This document shows positions 23,515 to 37,276 of a stretch of DNA of 64,000 nucleotides, one piece after another. Under the pieces are notes generated by a model that had not been told where the DNA came from, made no database searches, and saw only the letters and a list, made by a program, of their open reading frames with translations. This DNA is from the human T2T-CHM13v2.0 reference genome, Homo sapiens. Position numbers and translations under genes: made by a program. Position 1 is the stretch's first letter, and every line of letters begins with the position of its first letter. The DNA is taken from the NCBI RefSeq assembly GCF_009914755.1, contig NC_060926.1, one strand, 5' to 3'.

Positions 23515-25115
23515 GAAACCCACATATGAACAAGCATATGTGATATTTGTCTTCCTGTGCTTGGCTTATATCACTTAATGGCTTCCAGTTTTATCCATAC
23601 TGCTGCAAATGACAGAATTTCCTTCTTTTTATGGCTGCATAATACTCTTTTGGGTATATACACCACATTATCTATATCCATTCATCCACCGAGGGGCACT
23701 TAGGTTGATTCCACATTTTGGCTATTGTCATTAGTGCTGCAATAAATATAGGAGTGTAGATATCTCTTTGATATGTTGATTTCCTTTCTTTTGAATGTAT
23801 ATTTAGTAGTGAAATTACTGAATCATAAGGTCATTCTATTTTAATTTTTTGAGAATCCTCTATACTATTCTCCATAGTGGTTGTACTTATTTACATTCCC
23901 ATCAATAGTTTACTAGGGTTTTCCATTTTCTATATCCTCACTAGCATCCATAAATATCTTTTTGATAAAAACCATTTTAACTCTCATGAGATGATATCTC
24001 ATTGTGTGCTTGATTTGCTTTACTCTCATGATTAGTAATGTTGAGCATTTTTAATATGCTCATTGGCCATTTGTGTATTTTCTTTTGTGAAATATCTCTT
24101 CAGAACTACTGCTAATTTTAAAGCAGATTATTTATTTTTCTGCTGTTGAGTTGTTTGAGCTCCTTATATATTCCAATTATTAATCCGTTGTCAGCTGAAG
24201 AGTTTTGCGAATATAGTCTCCCATTCTGTATGTTGACTCTGCACTTTGTTAATTGTTTCCTTTGCTGTGAAGATCCTTCCTTGATGTAATCCCATTTCTC
24301 AATTTTTGCTTTGATTGCCTGTACTTCTGAGGTTTTATATAAGAAATATTCTTGCTCAGACCAAAGTCCTGGAGCTTTGCCCCAGGGTTTCCTTCTGGTA
24401 GTTTCATTGTTTCAAGTATTAGATGTAAGTTTTTAATAAATTTTGATTTGAGTTTTGTGTATGGTGAGAGATAGGGTCTAGTTTCATTCCTCTGCATATG
24501 CTTATCCAGATTTCCCAGCACAGCCTATTGAAGAGATTGTCCATTTCCCTATGAGTGTTCTTGGTGCCTTTGTGGAAAATTAGTTGGCTGTGAATGCAAG
24601 GATTTATATCTGGATTCTCATTTCTATTTCATTGGTTTATTTGTCTGATTTTTATGCCAATATCATGCTGACTTGGTTACTATAACTTTGTAGTATATTT
24701 TGAAGTCAAACAGAGTAAAAATTCTAGCTTTGTTCATTTTGTTCAGAAGTGCTTCGGTTATTTGAGATCTTTTGTAGCCCCATATAAATTGTAGGGTTTT
24801 GTTTTTCTATTTTTGTGAAGAATGTCATTGCGTTTTGATAAAGATTACATTGAATCTGCAAGCTGCTTTGGGGAGTAATGCCATTTTAACTATTTTATTT
24901 CTCCAATTTATGATAATGGAGTATCCTTCCATTTTCTTGTGTCCTCTTTAATTTCTTTCGTCAGTGTTTTATAGTTTTTCTTGTATAGATCTTTCACTTA
25001 TTTGATAGATTGATTCTTACGAAATTTATATTTTTTGTAGTGATTGTAAATGGGATTATCTTTTTAAATTTGTTTTTTAGGTTGTTCTCTGTTGACATGT
25101 AGAAATGTTACTGAT
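23515..25115 (-). mobile_element. L1MA-type element, 3' part of ORF2 and 3' UTR (left piece)
   Basis: Antisense L1 ORF2 C-terminal sequence; ORF-track peptide 24249-24521 is L1-like (PYLSPYTKLKSK). Resumes collinearly at ~30644. Confidence 0.88.
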
Positions 25116-25117
25116 GT

Positions 25118-25476
25118 TTTTAAAAGTTTTATTTTAGGTTCAAGGGTATATGTGTAGGTTTTGTTATATAGGCAAATTGTGTGTCATGAGGGAGTGGTGT
25201 ACAAATGATTTCATTATCCAGGTAATAAACATAGTGCCCTATCGGTAGTTACTTACCCTCATCCCACCCTCCACTCTGAAGTAAGCCACAGTGTCTGTTT
25301 TTCCCTTCTTTGTGTTCATGTGTACTTCCTGTTTAGCTCCCTCTTATAAGTGAGAACACACAGTACTTGGTTTTCTGTTACTGCACTGCTTTGCTTAGGA
25401 TAATGACCTCCAGCTTCATCCAGGATGCTGCTATGGACATGATCTCATTCTTCATTACAGCTATGTAGTATTCCAT
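25118..25476 (-). mobile_element. 5'-truncated L1PA15/16-like 3' end
   Basis: TTTTATTTTAGGTTCAAGGGTATATGTGTAGGTTTTGTTATATAGGCAAATTGTGTGTCATG...TTATAAGTGAGAACA. Confidence 0.85.
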
Positions 25477-25684
25477 GTCACACCTTTCTCTTACTTTAGT
25501 CAGAAAAGGCTATCACCAAGTCCTCCTCCTGAGATTTTCAGCATTCTACATTCTTTATGCCATAACTACATTTCTTTTCCTCCAAATTCTTAACTGGATT
25601 CTTCTTCCAGTTTCTCTTTCTCTCTCTCTGTTTTCTTTCCCCTTTCCTTCTCTTTATACTCTTTCTTCTCCCTGTTTTTAAACA

Positions 25685-28600
25685 CTTATTTTAGGTTCGG
25701 AGTTACCTGTGCAGTTATATAGGTAAATTGTCTGTCATAGGGGTTTGGTGTACAGATTATTTCATCACCCAGGTAAAAAGCATAGTTCCTGACAGATAGT
25801 TTTTCGATCCTCACCCTCTTCTCACCCTCCACCTTCAAGTAGGCTCTGGTGTCTGTCGTCCTTTCTTTATGTCCATGCATACTCAATGTTTAACTCCCAC
25901 TTACAAGTAAGAACATGTGGTATTTGGTTTTCCTGTTCCTGTGTTAGTTTCACTAAGACCATGGCCTTCAACTGCATCAGTGTAGTTGCAAAGAACATGA
26001 TCTTTTCTTTATTATGGCTGTATAGTGTACTATGGTGTATATGTACCTCATTTTCTTTATCCAGTCCCCTCATCGATGGGCACTACATTGAGTCCATGTC
26101 TTTGCTAATCTGAATAGGGCTGTGATGAACATACATGTGCATATGTCTTTATGGTAGAACGATTTATATTCTGTTGGGTATATACCCAATAATGGGATTG
26201 CTTGCTCAGTTGGTAGTTCTGTTTTAAGTTATTTGAGTAATCACCAAACCGCTTTCCACAATGACTGAACTAATTTACATATCCACCAACAGTGTATAAG
26301 CATTTCTTTTTCTCCATAACCTCACCAACGTCTGTTATTTTTTGACATTTTAACAATAGCCACCTGACTGGTGTGAGATGTTATCTCATTGTAGTTTTGA
26401 TTTGCATTTCTCTAATGATTATTGCTGTTGAACATCTTTTCATATGCTTGTTGGCCCCATCTATGTCTTCTTTAGACAACTGTCTGTTCATGTTCTTTGC
26501 CCACTTTTTAATGGGGTTGCTTTTTGCTTGTAAGTTTAAGTTTCTTATATATTCTAGATATTAGACCTTTGTCAGGTGCATAGTTCGGAAGTATTTTCTC
26601 CTATTCTGTAGGTTGTCTTTTTACTCTGTTGATATTTTGTTTTGCTGTGCAGATGCTCTTTAGTTTAATTAGGTGCCATTTATCAATTTTATTTTTGTTG
26701 CAATGGTTTTCAGAGTCTTCAACATAAAACCATTGCCAGGGCCTATGTCCAGAATGGTACTTCCTACGTTACCTTCTGGGCTTTATAATTTTAGGATATA
26801 CATTTAAGCTTTTAATCTGTCTAGAGTTGGATCTTCCCTTTTTTTCATTATTAGTCTAGCTAGTGGTCTATCAATCTTATTTATTCTTTCAAAAATTAAT
26901 TTCTGGATCCATTGATCTTTTGTATGGTTTTTCATGCCCAATTTCCTTCTGTTCAATTCTGCTTTTGGCTTTTCTTATTTCTCGTCATGTGCTAGCTTTG
27001 GCGTTGTTTTGTTTTTCTTTTCTAATTCCTTTCAGTTTGATGTTAGGTTGTTAATTTGGGCTCTTTCTAACTTTTTGATATGTGCATTTGGCACTATAAA
27101 CTTTCCTCTTAACACTGCTTTAGCCATGTCTCAGAGATTCTAGTATGTTGTATGTTTCTTATCATTATGTATGTTTCAAAGAATTTCTTGATTTTTGCCT
27201 TAATTTCAATGATTACTGAAAAGTCATTCAGGAAGAAGTTTTAATTTCTATGTAATTGCATGGTTTTGAGAGCTCTTTTTAGTATTGATTTCTGTTTTTA
27301 TCACAATGTGGTCTAAGGGTGAGGTTAGTACAATTTCAATTTTTTTGAATTTGCTGAGAATTCCTTTATGATCAATTGTGTGGTCAATTATAGAATATAT
27401 GCCATATGAAGATGAGAGGAATGTATATTCTGTTATTTTTGGTTTTTGGTTGGAGAGTTCTGTAGTTGTCTATTAAGTCTATTTCGCTAAGCATCAGGTT
27501 CAGGGCCCAAATATCTTTGTTAGTATTCCGCCTCAATGATCTGTCTTATACTTTCAGTGGGATATTGAAGTCTCTCACTATTATTGTGTGGTTACCTAAG
27601 AACTTGTTTTATGAATCTGGGTGCTCCAGTGTTCACTGCATATATATTTAGGATAATTAAGACTTCTTATTAAATTGAACTTTTTACCATTATGTAATCC
27701 CTTATTTGTCTTTTTTGATCATTGTTGGTTTAAAGTCTGTTTTGTCTGAAATGAGAACAGCAACCCCTGCTTTTCTCTGTTTTTCATTTACTTGGTAGAT
27801 TTTTCTCCATCCCTTAACTTTGAGCCTATGGGTGCCATTGTAAGTGAGATGGGCCTCTTGAAGACAGAATACAGTTGGTTCTTGCTTCTTTATCCAACTT
27901 GCTGCCCTGTGGCTTTTAATTAGGTCATTTAGCTCATGTACATTCATGTTCAATATTGATATGTGCAGATTTTATCCTATCATCATATTGTTAGCTGATT
28001 ATTATGCAGACTTGATTTTATAGTTGTTTATAGTGTCAATGGTCTATGTATTCAACTGTTTTTGTGATGGCTGGAAACAGTCTTTCAATTCTATATTTAG
28101 CACTACCTTAAGGACCTTTTGTAAGGCAGGTCTGATGGTAATGAATTTTCTTAGCATTTGTTTGATTGAAATGGATCTTATTTCTCCTTCTCTTATGAAG
28201 CTTAGTTTGGCTAAATATGATATTCTTGGTTGTAATTTATTTAAGAATACTGAATATGGTCCCCAATCTTTTCTGCTGTGTGTAGCATTTCTGCTGAGAG
28301 GTCCACAGCCTGACGGTATGCCCTTTGTAGGTGACTGGCCCCTTTTCTCTAGTGACTTTGAACATTTTCTTCTTTCATTTTGATCTTGGAGAATCTGATG
28401 ACTATATGTCCTGGGGATGGTTATCTTTACAGTATATCACAGGGATTCTCTGCATTTCTTGCATTTGAATATTGGCCTCTCTAGCAAGGTCAGGAAATTT
28501 TCATGGACAATATCCTCAAATAAGTTTTCCATGATTTTGTTCATTCTTCTGTATTCTTTTTTCTTAATTTTCATCTGCCTAAGTTATTTTAGACAACTGG

Positions 28601-30578
28601 TCTTTGAGATCTGAAATTTTTTCCTCAGTTTGGTCAATTCTTCCATTAACACTTGCAATTATATAACGAAATTATTGAAGTGAGGTTTTTTTTTTTAGCT
28701 CTTATCAGATCAGCTAGCTTCTTTCTTAATATGGTCATTTCATCTTTCAGCTCCTGTATTGTATTATTGTATTCCTTTGATTCCTTGAATTGGATTTTGA
28801 ATTTCTCCTTAATCTCAATGATCTTCATTCCTGTCTATATTCTGAGTTCCATTTCTGTCATTTGTGACATTTCAGCCTTTTTAAGAACCATTCCTGGGGA
28901 AGTAGTGGGCTCATTGGAGGTAAGTCAACACTCTGGCTTTTTGAGTTCCCAGAGTTCTTGCATTCATTCTTTTTCATCTGTGTGGGCTGATGTTCCTTAA
29001 GTCTTTGAAGTTGCTGTCCATTAGATGAGGTTTTCTTTTTTTTTTTGCTTCTATCTTATTTTATGCCCTGATACGCTGCATGTTTGATTGTGGCATAAGG
29101 TTGGTTCAGTCAACTGGCTTCATTTCTGGAAGTTTCTAGGGGCCAACACTCAGTTCAGCACTCCTGACCTATGTACTCTTACTGTGCATGTGTACAGGGC
29201 CCCCAGCTTTGTTCTCTGGCCCCTAGAGCTTAGAAACCTGCTATGCTGGAGGGGCCTAAGTGTTCCTGGTCTGCCATCCACAATATCTGGATGAGTAGTG
29301 CTGTCCAAAGCACTTCATTAGGATGGTGGCAGTGGGAACCGTGCTCGTTCACTCATGCCAGCAGCTGCAGTAGCACAGTGGGGTGTACGTGTGCTGTCTG
29401 GTATGTGGTACCAGCAGGAGTCAGGCTGCTGCATATCTGTATGTGTTTACATCAGCAGCAATGGAGACACGGCACTGGTGAGGGTGGGGCCACTGTGTCC
29501 ACACTTGCATTCATGTACCAGCAGCAGTGGTGGCATGGGGTTGCCCACTTTTGTGCATGGGTTTGCAGCAGCTGCGGTGGTAATGTAGGAGGGATGGGGT
29601 TTTTGGCATCCATGCTTGTATTCACACTGGCAATGGCATACAGCCAGGTGCCTGTGTGTCAGCAATGAGGTAGCATGGTGGGGTGCACTCACACTGGCAG
29701 AAGTTGCACAGGGGCTGTGTGTGCACATGTGGTCTAGTGGGTAAGTGGTAGGAGGTGAGGTCCACCTGTACACATGTGTCAACCAAGTGGTAGAAGGGTG
29801 ATCATTGGGAAGTTGTGCTGAGAAAGCATTGTGGGAAGGCTCTGGGGTGAGGTTGTGGGTTGGCTGTTGCCTGTCAGTGGGAACCAATCTGCTGGAGTTC
29901 TTTTGTGGTCTGGCATGGTCTACCAGTGAAGGAGCTATGATGATAGCTCTGAGGAGACAGTCTGTTTAGGCATCTAAGACTGTATTGCAAGCAGACATGG
30001 TCAGGTTGCAGCCCCAGGAGAGGCAAGCAGACAGATGGCCCTCAGAACCATGTGGCCCTGGCTAATGGGCAAAACTACACTGCTTTGTCCAGGTCTGACA
30101 GTCACCTGAAGCTTAAAGTCTCCTAGAGGAGTATGGCCAACCTTGAGGGATAGGCATCCCTGGTTTTGCTTCACTGCAGACATATCCACACAAAACCATA
30201 AGGGCTCTGCACAGGCCGGAGATCTACCCCTACTACCTTTCTAAGCAGCTCTCCATCCTAGCTCAAGTGTCCTTGGATGTATGGGGGTCTCCTGCTGTCT
30301 GGATTCTGGAGGTCCGTGGCAACAGTGGGCCATTCCTCACCTTTTCAATTTACTCTTTCCCTAGGAGTTGCTAGGGCCAGAAACATGTCCCCATGCTTGG
30401 TAGTGCTGTTCAGCATTCCCAACTTCCTCCCCCAACAGCCCAGTATCAGCATCCTCTCTCCATGCACTGTAAATGCCTTTACTCTGAAGATCTGCTTGGA
30501 GTATGCCAGTCTTCCCAGGCTTTTGGTGAGAGATGTTCCTTCTGGCTGCATCTAGTTGCCCATCTTGGTTTCCCCCTC
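25685..30578 (-). mobile_element. L1PA15/16-like element from 3' UTR to 5' UTR, with internal deletion near 26830
   Basis: 3' UTR at 25685. Endonuclease peptide 27702-27953 (WIKKQEP..CLQEAHL..HRLKVKGWRKIYQ). ORF1 remnant 28300-28900. GC-richer 5' UTR 29100-30578 ending CCCATCTTGG (YY1-like CAAGATGG on the minus strand). Confidence 0.88.
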
Positions 30579-30643
30579 TAACCTTTGTCATTGTTTTCTT
30601 GATTTCTGAGTTCTCTCCCAGCTTACAGAGCAGAGGAGTGCCA

Positions 30644-33403
30644 CTACTTATTTTTGTATGTTGATTTTGTATCTTGTGATTTTACAGAATTTATCTGTTT
30701 TAACAGATTTTACATAGAGTCTTTAGGTTTTCCTAAGTATAAGATCATGTCATATGCAAACAATGCTAATTTGAATACTCCCTTTCTGATTTAGATGTCA
30801 TTTATTTATTTTTCTTGCCTAATTGCTCTGGCCAGGACATTCAGTATTATGTTGAATAAAAGTGTTGAAAGTGGTTATCCTTGTCTAGCTCCAGATCTTA
30901 GAAGAAAGGCTGTCAATTTTTCCCTATGCCCTACAGTATTGGCTGTGATTATTTTGAGTTATGCTCCTTTTATACCCAGTGTTTTGAGAATTATTATATA
31001 AAGTATAGTTGAATTTTATCACATGCTTTTCAGAGTATCTATTGAAATGATCATATGATTCTTGGTATTGCTTATGATAATGTGATGTATTGTGTTTATT
31101 ATTTGCATATGTTGAAGTATCCTTGCATTCTGGGGATAAATCCTATTTGATCCTGGTGAATAATCATTTTAATGTGTTGTTGAATGATTTGCTAGTATTT
31201 TGTTGAACATATTTGCATCTATGTTCATCAGTGATACTGTCCTATAGTTTTCTTTTTTGTTGTGTTCTAGTCTGGTTTTGATAGCAGTGTAATGCTGGCC
31301 TTGTCAAATGAGTTTGGAAGTATTTTATCCTTTTGCATTTGTTTTGAGGAGTGGGCATTAATTCTTTTCTTAATGTTTGGTAGAATTCAGCAGTGAAGCT
31401 CTCAGGTCCTGGGCTTTTATTTGATGGGAGACTTTTTACTACAGCTTTGAACTTCTTATCTGTTATTGGTTTGTCAAGCTTTTTATTTCCTCATGTTTCA
31501 ATTTTGGTAGATAGTATGTGTCCAGGAATTTATCAATTTCTTCTAATTTTTCCAATTTTTTAGAGTATAGTTGTTAATAATAGTTTTTAATAATTCATTA
31601 TATTTCTGTGGTCTCAGTTGTTATTTCTCCTTTTTCATTTCTAATTTTAATTTGAATCTTCTCTCTTTTTTCTTAGTCTAGATAAAAGTTTGTTGATTTT
31701 GTCTTTTTATAAAACTAAGTTTTTGTTTTATTAACCTGTGTTGTTATTTTAATCTTAATTTCATTTATTATTGCTCTAAACTTTATAATTTCTTCTTTCT
31801 ACTAATTTGGGCTTGGTTTGTTTTTGCTTCTCTAGTCTTTTGAGGGATATTGCCTAGTTGTTTGTTTGAAATCTTTCAACATTTTTATGTAGCTGTGTAT
31901 TGGTATATACCTCTCTCTTAATAAAGCTTTTGCTCTATCTCACAGATTTTGATATGTTATTTTTCCATTTTCATTTGTTTCACAAACATTTTTACATTTT
32001 TTTCTTAATTTTTTTATTGATCCATTGATCATTCAGAGTCATGTTGTTTAATTTCCATGTATTTTTGTAGTTTCTGAGATTCCTCTTACAGTTGATTTTT
32101 AGTTTTATTCCATTGTGGTCAGAAAAGATATTTAACATGATTTCTACTATTTTTAATTTGTTGAGACTTGTTTCATGTCCTAAGATATGGTCTCTTCTGC
32201 AGAAAGTTATATGTACTGATGAAAATCATATGTATTCTGTAGCAGTTGGGTGAAACACTCTGTTAATATCAGTTAGGTCCATTTGGTCAATTGCGTAGTT
32301 TAACTCTGATCTTTCTTTGTTGATTTTCTGTCTAGATGATCTATCAGTTATTGAGAGTAGATGTCCATTATTGAGAATTAATGACCCCTAGTATTGTGGT
32401 ATTTAAGTCTATCTTTCCCTTTACATCTATTAATGTTTGCTTTATAAACTTGGGAGCTCTGGTGTTTGATGCATAGAGATTTATTATTGTTATATCCTCT
32501 TATTGAATTGACCTCTTTATTGTTATATAGTGACCATCTTTATTTCTTTTTATAGCCTTTGATCTGTTGTCCATTTTATCTAAGTATACTTAGATTTATT
32601 TCAGTCTTCTTTGTATGGCTTGTGTTTATTTATATTGGATATGTTTACTTAGAGATTCTTTGTAATTTATCTGTTGATTTCTTTTTTTTTAAATCTGCTA
32701 CATCACTACCTTCTTTTCAGTACTAGATGATGTCTTAAGTCCAGGTTTGCCTTGGTTCTAGTAAACAATCATAGCATTGCCTTTTCCAAGTGAGAAAGGT
32801 CCCAAAGCTAATCTCAGTAGCGTGGGAAGACTGGCTAGGGGGTTCATGCCCAGGGAATCTGTGAAACAAATCTCCTACAATGTGGTGCTGCCGAACAGCC
32901 ACTCTAATTTAGAGTGACTAAAGTTATAGGTCTTTTTGCCAAGTTACAGAACAGAGTTTCTTGGGCTAGTTATGCTAGTCCTGCTTCCTGCTCTTTATCA
33001 CTGACTGTCCTCAGGAATACTTCTTCCTTCAGGAACTCCCATCATTTCCTGTGGATTGAGGCAAATATTGGTCTCTGGCCAGAGATTCCAAAATGGCAGG
33101 GAAGCTTGTTGTCCATCTCAATCTTACATTTACCAGGGGAGAAACTATAAGTTAGGGGAAATTTCCTCATGCTTAGGGATACACAGATTGGAGGAGGGGC
33201 ATCACACATATAGAAGTCAGATTTGTTTTCTGTCTTCTTGGAGTTTTTTCAAGTCTCTGTGGTCTTAGAAACTGGCTGTTCCTCATACTTGAGTTCTGGA
33301 ATCTTGCTGGTAATAATCTGTTCTATATATTTGTGTGGGGCTTTTTTGTGGAGGAGAGTGAAGCCAGCTTGCTTCTATGCTGCCATTTTGAAATTGGAAG
33401 TCT
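30644..33403 (-). mobile_element. L1MA-type element, right piece through 5' end
   Basis: Continues the ORF2 sequence broken at 25115 (ATTTTTGTATGTTGATTTTGTATC). Ends GCCATTTTGAAATTGGAAGTC, typical of L1M 5' termini. Confidence 0.82.
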
Positions 33404-33619
33404 AGTGCCTATTCTTTAATGTGCGTTTTTTTCTTTTTTAATCTTCATAGGCATTTAACGGGATAAATGCAATTATTACCCTTATGTTGAAAATGCAGAT
33501 ATTGACACAGGCATGTTCTGTAGCTAGATTAATGCTCTTCAAATGCAGGGAAGTACATGCTCAATGACTGGAATGAATATATAAATATATAAGAGAAGAT
33601 AAAAACACTCAAAATAAAC

Positions 33620-34300
33620 ATAAACATTTTCTCTTAGAGAAAATATTATAGTGTTGGAAAGATAAGCAATATACAAAACAAATAGGTAAGATATATAATA
33701 TGTAGAAAGTGATGAACACTATGCTGAAAAAATGTAGGAAGAGAGACAAGTGATGCTAGGGTAGGGAACTAGGAAGTTTTTACTGAGATAGCAACATTTG
33801 AATGAAGATCAGTAGAAGGTTCCAGAGCTCTCTTGGAAGAGAAAATTCCCAAAAGTGGGAACTCTCTCAAGGCAGAAACGTGCTTAGTTATTTTATTTCA
33901 AAGCAGCAATGACAATTTCTCTTGGGATAATTAAGAAGGGTCAGATTAAGTAAGTGAGCTAATTGGAGGACGTGGTAAATGGAAGGTGTGAAGTTGTGTG
34001 AACCATTTTAATTACTGCCATGGAGTGAGAAGCTGTTAAGAGAATTTTTGAGCAAAGGAGTTTTGTTGATTTAATATATATTTAATAGAATCACACTGGC
34101 TTGTATTTAACACAATACACTAGCTGCTGTATTGCATCAAATGATAAGGAGCATGAACAACTCAGGGAGGCCATTTAGGTGGCTTTTGGCAATAAGCCAC
34201 AGAGAAGAGATGCTGAGAAAGGAACTAGGAAGATAGCTATTCATTTAGTAAGAAGTAGTTGTATTCTGAATATTTTTGAAGATAGCTAGTGGGAATTCCT
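33620..34300 (-). mobile_element. L2 fragment
   Basis: ACTGAGATAGCAACATTTGAATGAAGA...TTTTGAGCAAAGGAG...GAATCACACTGGCT...TTCTGAATATTTTTGAAGATAG. Confidence 0.65.
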
Positions 34301-34511
34301 GCCAAAATAAAATGCAATTGCCTTTATAATTTTAACATAACACATGACAAATCAAAGTTTCCATGTTCATTTTGTAAACCTAGCACACCCACCAAAAGCA
34401 TACTTTAAATGAAAACTGTCAAATAAGACTCTGATGTAAAAGCATTTAGAAAAGAAACAAAGTCTACTGGCAAAGAAATCTTACAAGGGAAAACAGGAGT
34501 ACTGGCTTACC

Positions 34512-34561
34512 AAAAAAAAAAAAAAAAAAAAAGAAAAAAAAAGAAAGAAAGAAAGAAAAAA
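34512..34561. repeat. Poly(A)/(AAAG)n tract
   Basis: A21 followed by AAAG units, with no adjacent Alu body. Confidence 0.9.
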
Positions 34562-35959
34562 CACCCACAGGAATAGCAAGGTTATTGATGGAAACCTGTC
34601 GTTGATGGAAAACTACAATTTCCCCATGTGATTTTCATATTTTCCAGGCTGCTTATAGATTTTCAAAAATCAGAACTCCAAAGCCCAGATTAAAAAAAAA
34701 ATGTTCTTCTTTGAGGAGAGGTCAGGAAAAGCTCAAGGTTTCATTTATTTGGGGAATTAAAACTAAAAGAAGCTGATGTAACCCAGATGAGAAGGTTACT
34801 TATTTATTTATATTAAATTAAAATTTTAAATTAAATAATTAAAATTTGTTCCTAATCTAATGAAACACACATTTCTTCTTTTCCTCTTCTCTTAAATGGT
34901 TTCTGATAAACTGGTCACTCTCAGTGGAGGCAGAGCAAGGAGTTAGTTTCCTTTAAGGTAAATTACTTTAGCTGATATTAAAGTGGACCGTTGGTCCTAA
35001 ACTGTACCTGAAATTTGTCTCCTCCTTAGGCTGGCGAAAGCAGCCCTTCCATACATTGTTGGGTGATTTGCGCTTTGCCTGAAAGGCTGATATCCAACCT
35101 CTGCACACTGGCAAAACTAAACATTGTGGTATTCACCAGATGGGGCCCTTTGTGTCTAATTGCTCACTCAGAGAGGGGATTTCTCTCTCATACTTCTTTC
35201 CAGAGAGAGCTCCTTTTTCTGATTTTCACCAATGTGCTGTATTCTGAGCCCAGGTTTTGGAAGGTAGTGTTACATACTTCATTATGTCTGATCTTAGGTA
35301 ACAGAATCATATCCTTGCCTTGAAATTTGCTTCAACAGTTAATGAAAGAAAAAAAATCATATACCCATGGTACCCTAAGAAAGTAATTAAATGAATCAGA
35401 AATATTTGCCTTTCTAATACATAGTTAATATTAACACAGTAATATACAGGTAATGAGTTTAATCAAAAACAAGAGTAAGTAGTGAATAATCAGAGACTCC
35501 CTGGTGGCAACTCAGGTAATCACATCAATAACATCTCATGTGTACTTCCTGAAAGAATACTGTTAGTCAATCACAGGTAGATTGAAATCTATAGTTGGGG
35601 AAGAAATTTTAGAAAACGACAGCTAAAGTTTTCTTCTACTGTAGAAAAGAAATATTATTTTTCAAAAACAGAAATGCCCATTTTAACAACTGAGACGGTA
35701 GAAGAGAGAGTGATGGATAATATAAATAAAATGAAAAAGGATTCTTAGCTGTTAGCAGAGACCATTGATATTAACTCATAATTATTGTCAGTGTAACTAA
35801 AATTGTTAAAAGAAATTCCAGAAAATATAAGCACTTACAATTTCATATTGGATTTAAAGGCAAATAATTTGTCCATCTCCAGCTGACAACATAAATGTAA
35901 TTACTATGACATATTGGACAAGAACTTTGAGTCTTAATAGTTTTAGCTCTTAATGTTAC

Positions 35960-36720
35960 TTTTCAAATAGTTAATACATGCTTGTGGTATAAAATTCAGA
36001 ATTTGCAATAGTCTGTATGGTGAAAAGTGTATCTCCTATACTTTTCTCACTGAGCCACTTCATTCCCATTCCTAGGGGAAAACACTATTGCCTGTACCTT
36101 ATGTATATACCTAGAAATATTCTATGTAGGTATAAGTATATATCACAGAATATTTCAGAGGCATCTTATGCAGTTCTAAACATAGAATTCATAGAAAATT
36201 ATAGGTGCACACACACACTCATATTTGTGTTTGCATAGTTGTATACAACTATGTGTGTGTATATATATATAGTTTTTAAAAATTTGTTTCCTCTCACACA
36301 TTGCAGCCCACTACAAATATATGTTCAATGGTCTCACGTTTTCTTTTATCCACTTAATGTGTCTTGGAATATGTCTACAATATAAAAAGCTGGCAGTGGA
36401 ATTGCTGGATCAAGAACAATCCACAAATTTTCAGTTTTGATAGAAAATGCTTATTTCACCACCTAGAACTGGCACTGATTAGCATTCTTACCTTCAATGT
36501 TATCAACCAGCCTATTGCCCCAAAACCTTCTTTACAAAGTTGTTTATCAATTTCATGTTACATTTGTCAAATCTGCAGATGAAGTATAAATGCAATGTAT
36601 TTTACATTGAATTTATTTAATTATAACAGGGATTAGGCACATTTTAATATTTAAGGCCCCTTTATCCTTTTCTGTCAATATTTAGTTTATCATCTTTACC
36701 CATTATTCTGTTGACTTTTT
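35960..36720 (-). mobile_element. Old L1ME-like fragments
   Basis: GTGGAATTGCTGGATCAAG...TTTCAGTTTTGATAGAAAATGC resembles antisense L1M 3' sequence. Confidence 0.5.
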
Positions 36721-36884
36721 CTTGCATCTGCATATTTACATCTACTTGTGTAAATATGTCTGAGTGTGTAGATGGTAGATTCTCCTACTTTTCTCAGAGT
36801 TTTTCTGTATAATTTAAACTTGAGCTTATCCTGTTTTGCACATAACACATCTCCACTGTTTTTCCTATGGCTAATGGGAACATC

Positions 36885-37276
36885 AATGGTATCACAGGTT
36901 GGATTTTTGGGAAAGCGTTCAATGTGAGATGCTTATTACAAAGCGACAAGGGCATCCAAGTCTACGGAAGGGAGTGGGAGGAAGCAACACTGAACGGAAT
37001 TCAAGTTGTAATGCAGGTCCCACAACAGCTCTACTGACTGTACAGGAAGCTCTGGAACTAAAATGCCCCTGAGATGCCAGGCCTTATTGTGCCCTCATTG
37101 ATCAGTCATTGGATGCAGCTCTCTGCAAAGAGAAGGAGCCTTGAGACACTGGAACTGAGGCAACCCTTGAATAGGCTGACAGCTGAAGGCATCTGTCCAC
37201 AGCACTTCCAGCAGACAGGGCAACAAGTCCATCACTGAAGAAATACTGGATGTGCACACATCATGGTTTGTACAAC
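36885..37276 (-). mobile_element. LTR33-like (ERVL) solo LTR
   Basis: GATCAGTCATTGGATGCAGCT...GAGGCAACCCTTGAATAGGCTGACAGCTGAAGGC...CAGCACTTCCAGCAG matches my recollection of antisense LTR33. Confidence 0.7.

Noticed and set aside
29088-30591. Cluster of overlapping ORFs in a GC-richer island
   Set aside because: Explained by the L1PA15/16 5' UTR. The equivalent cluster at 51104-52382 is the L1PB 5' UTR. Both are CpG-depleted and not CpG islands.
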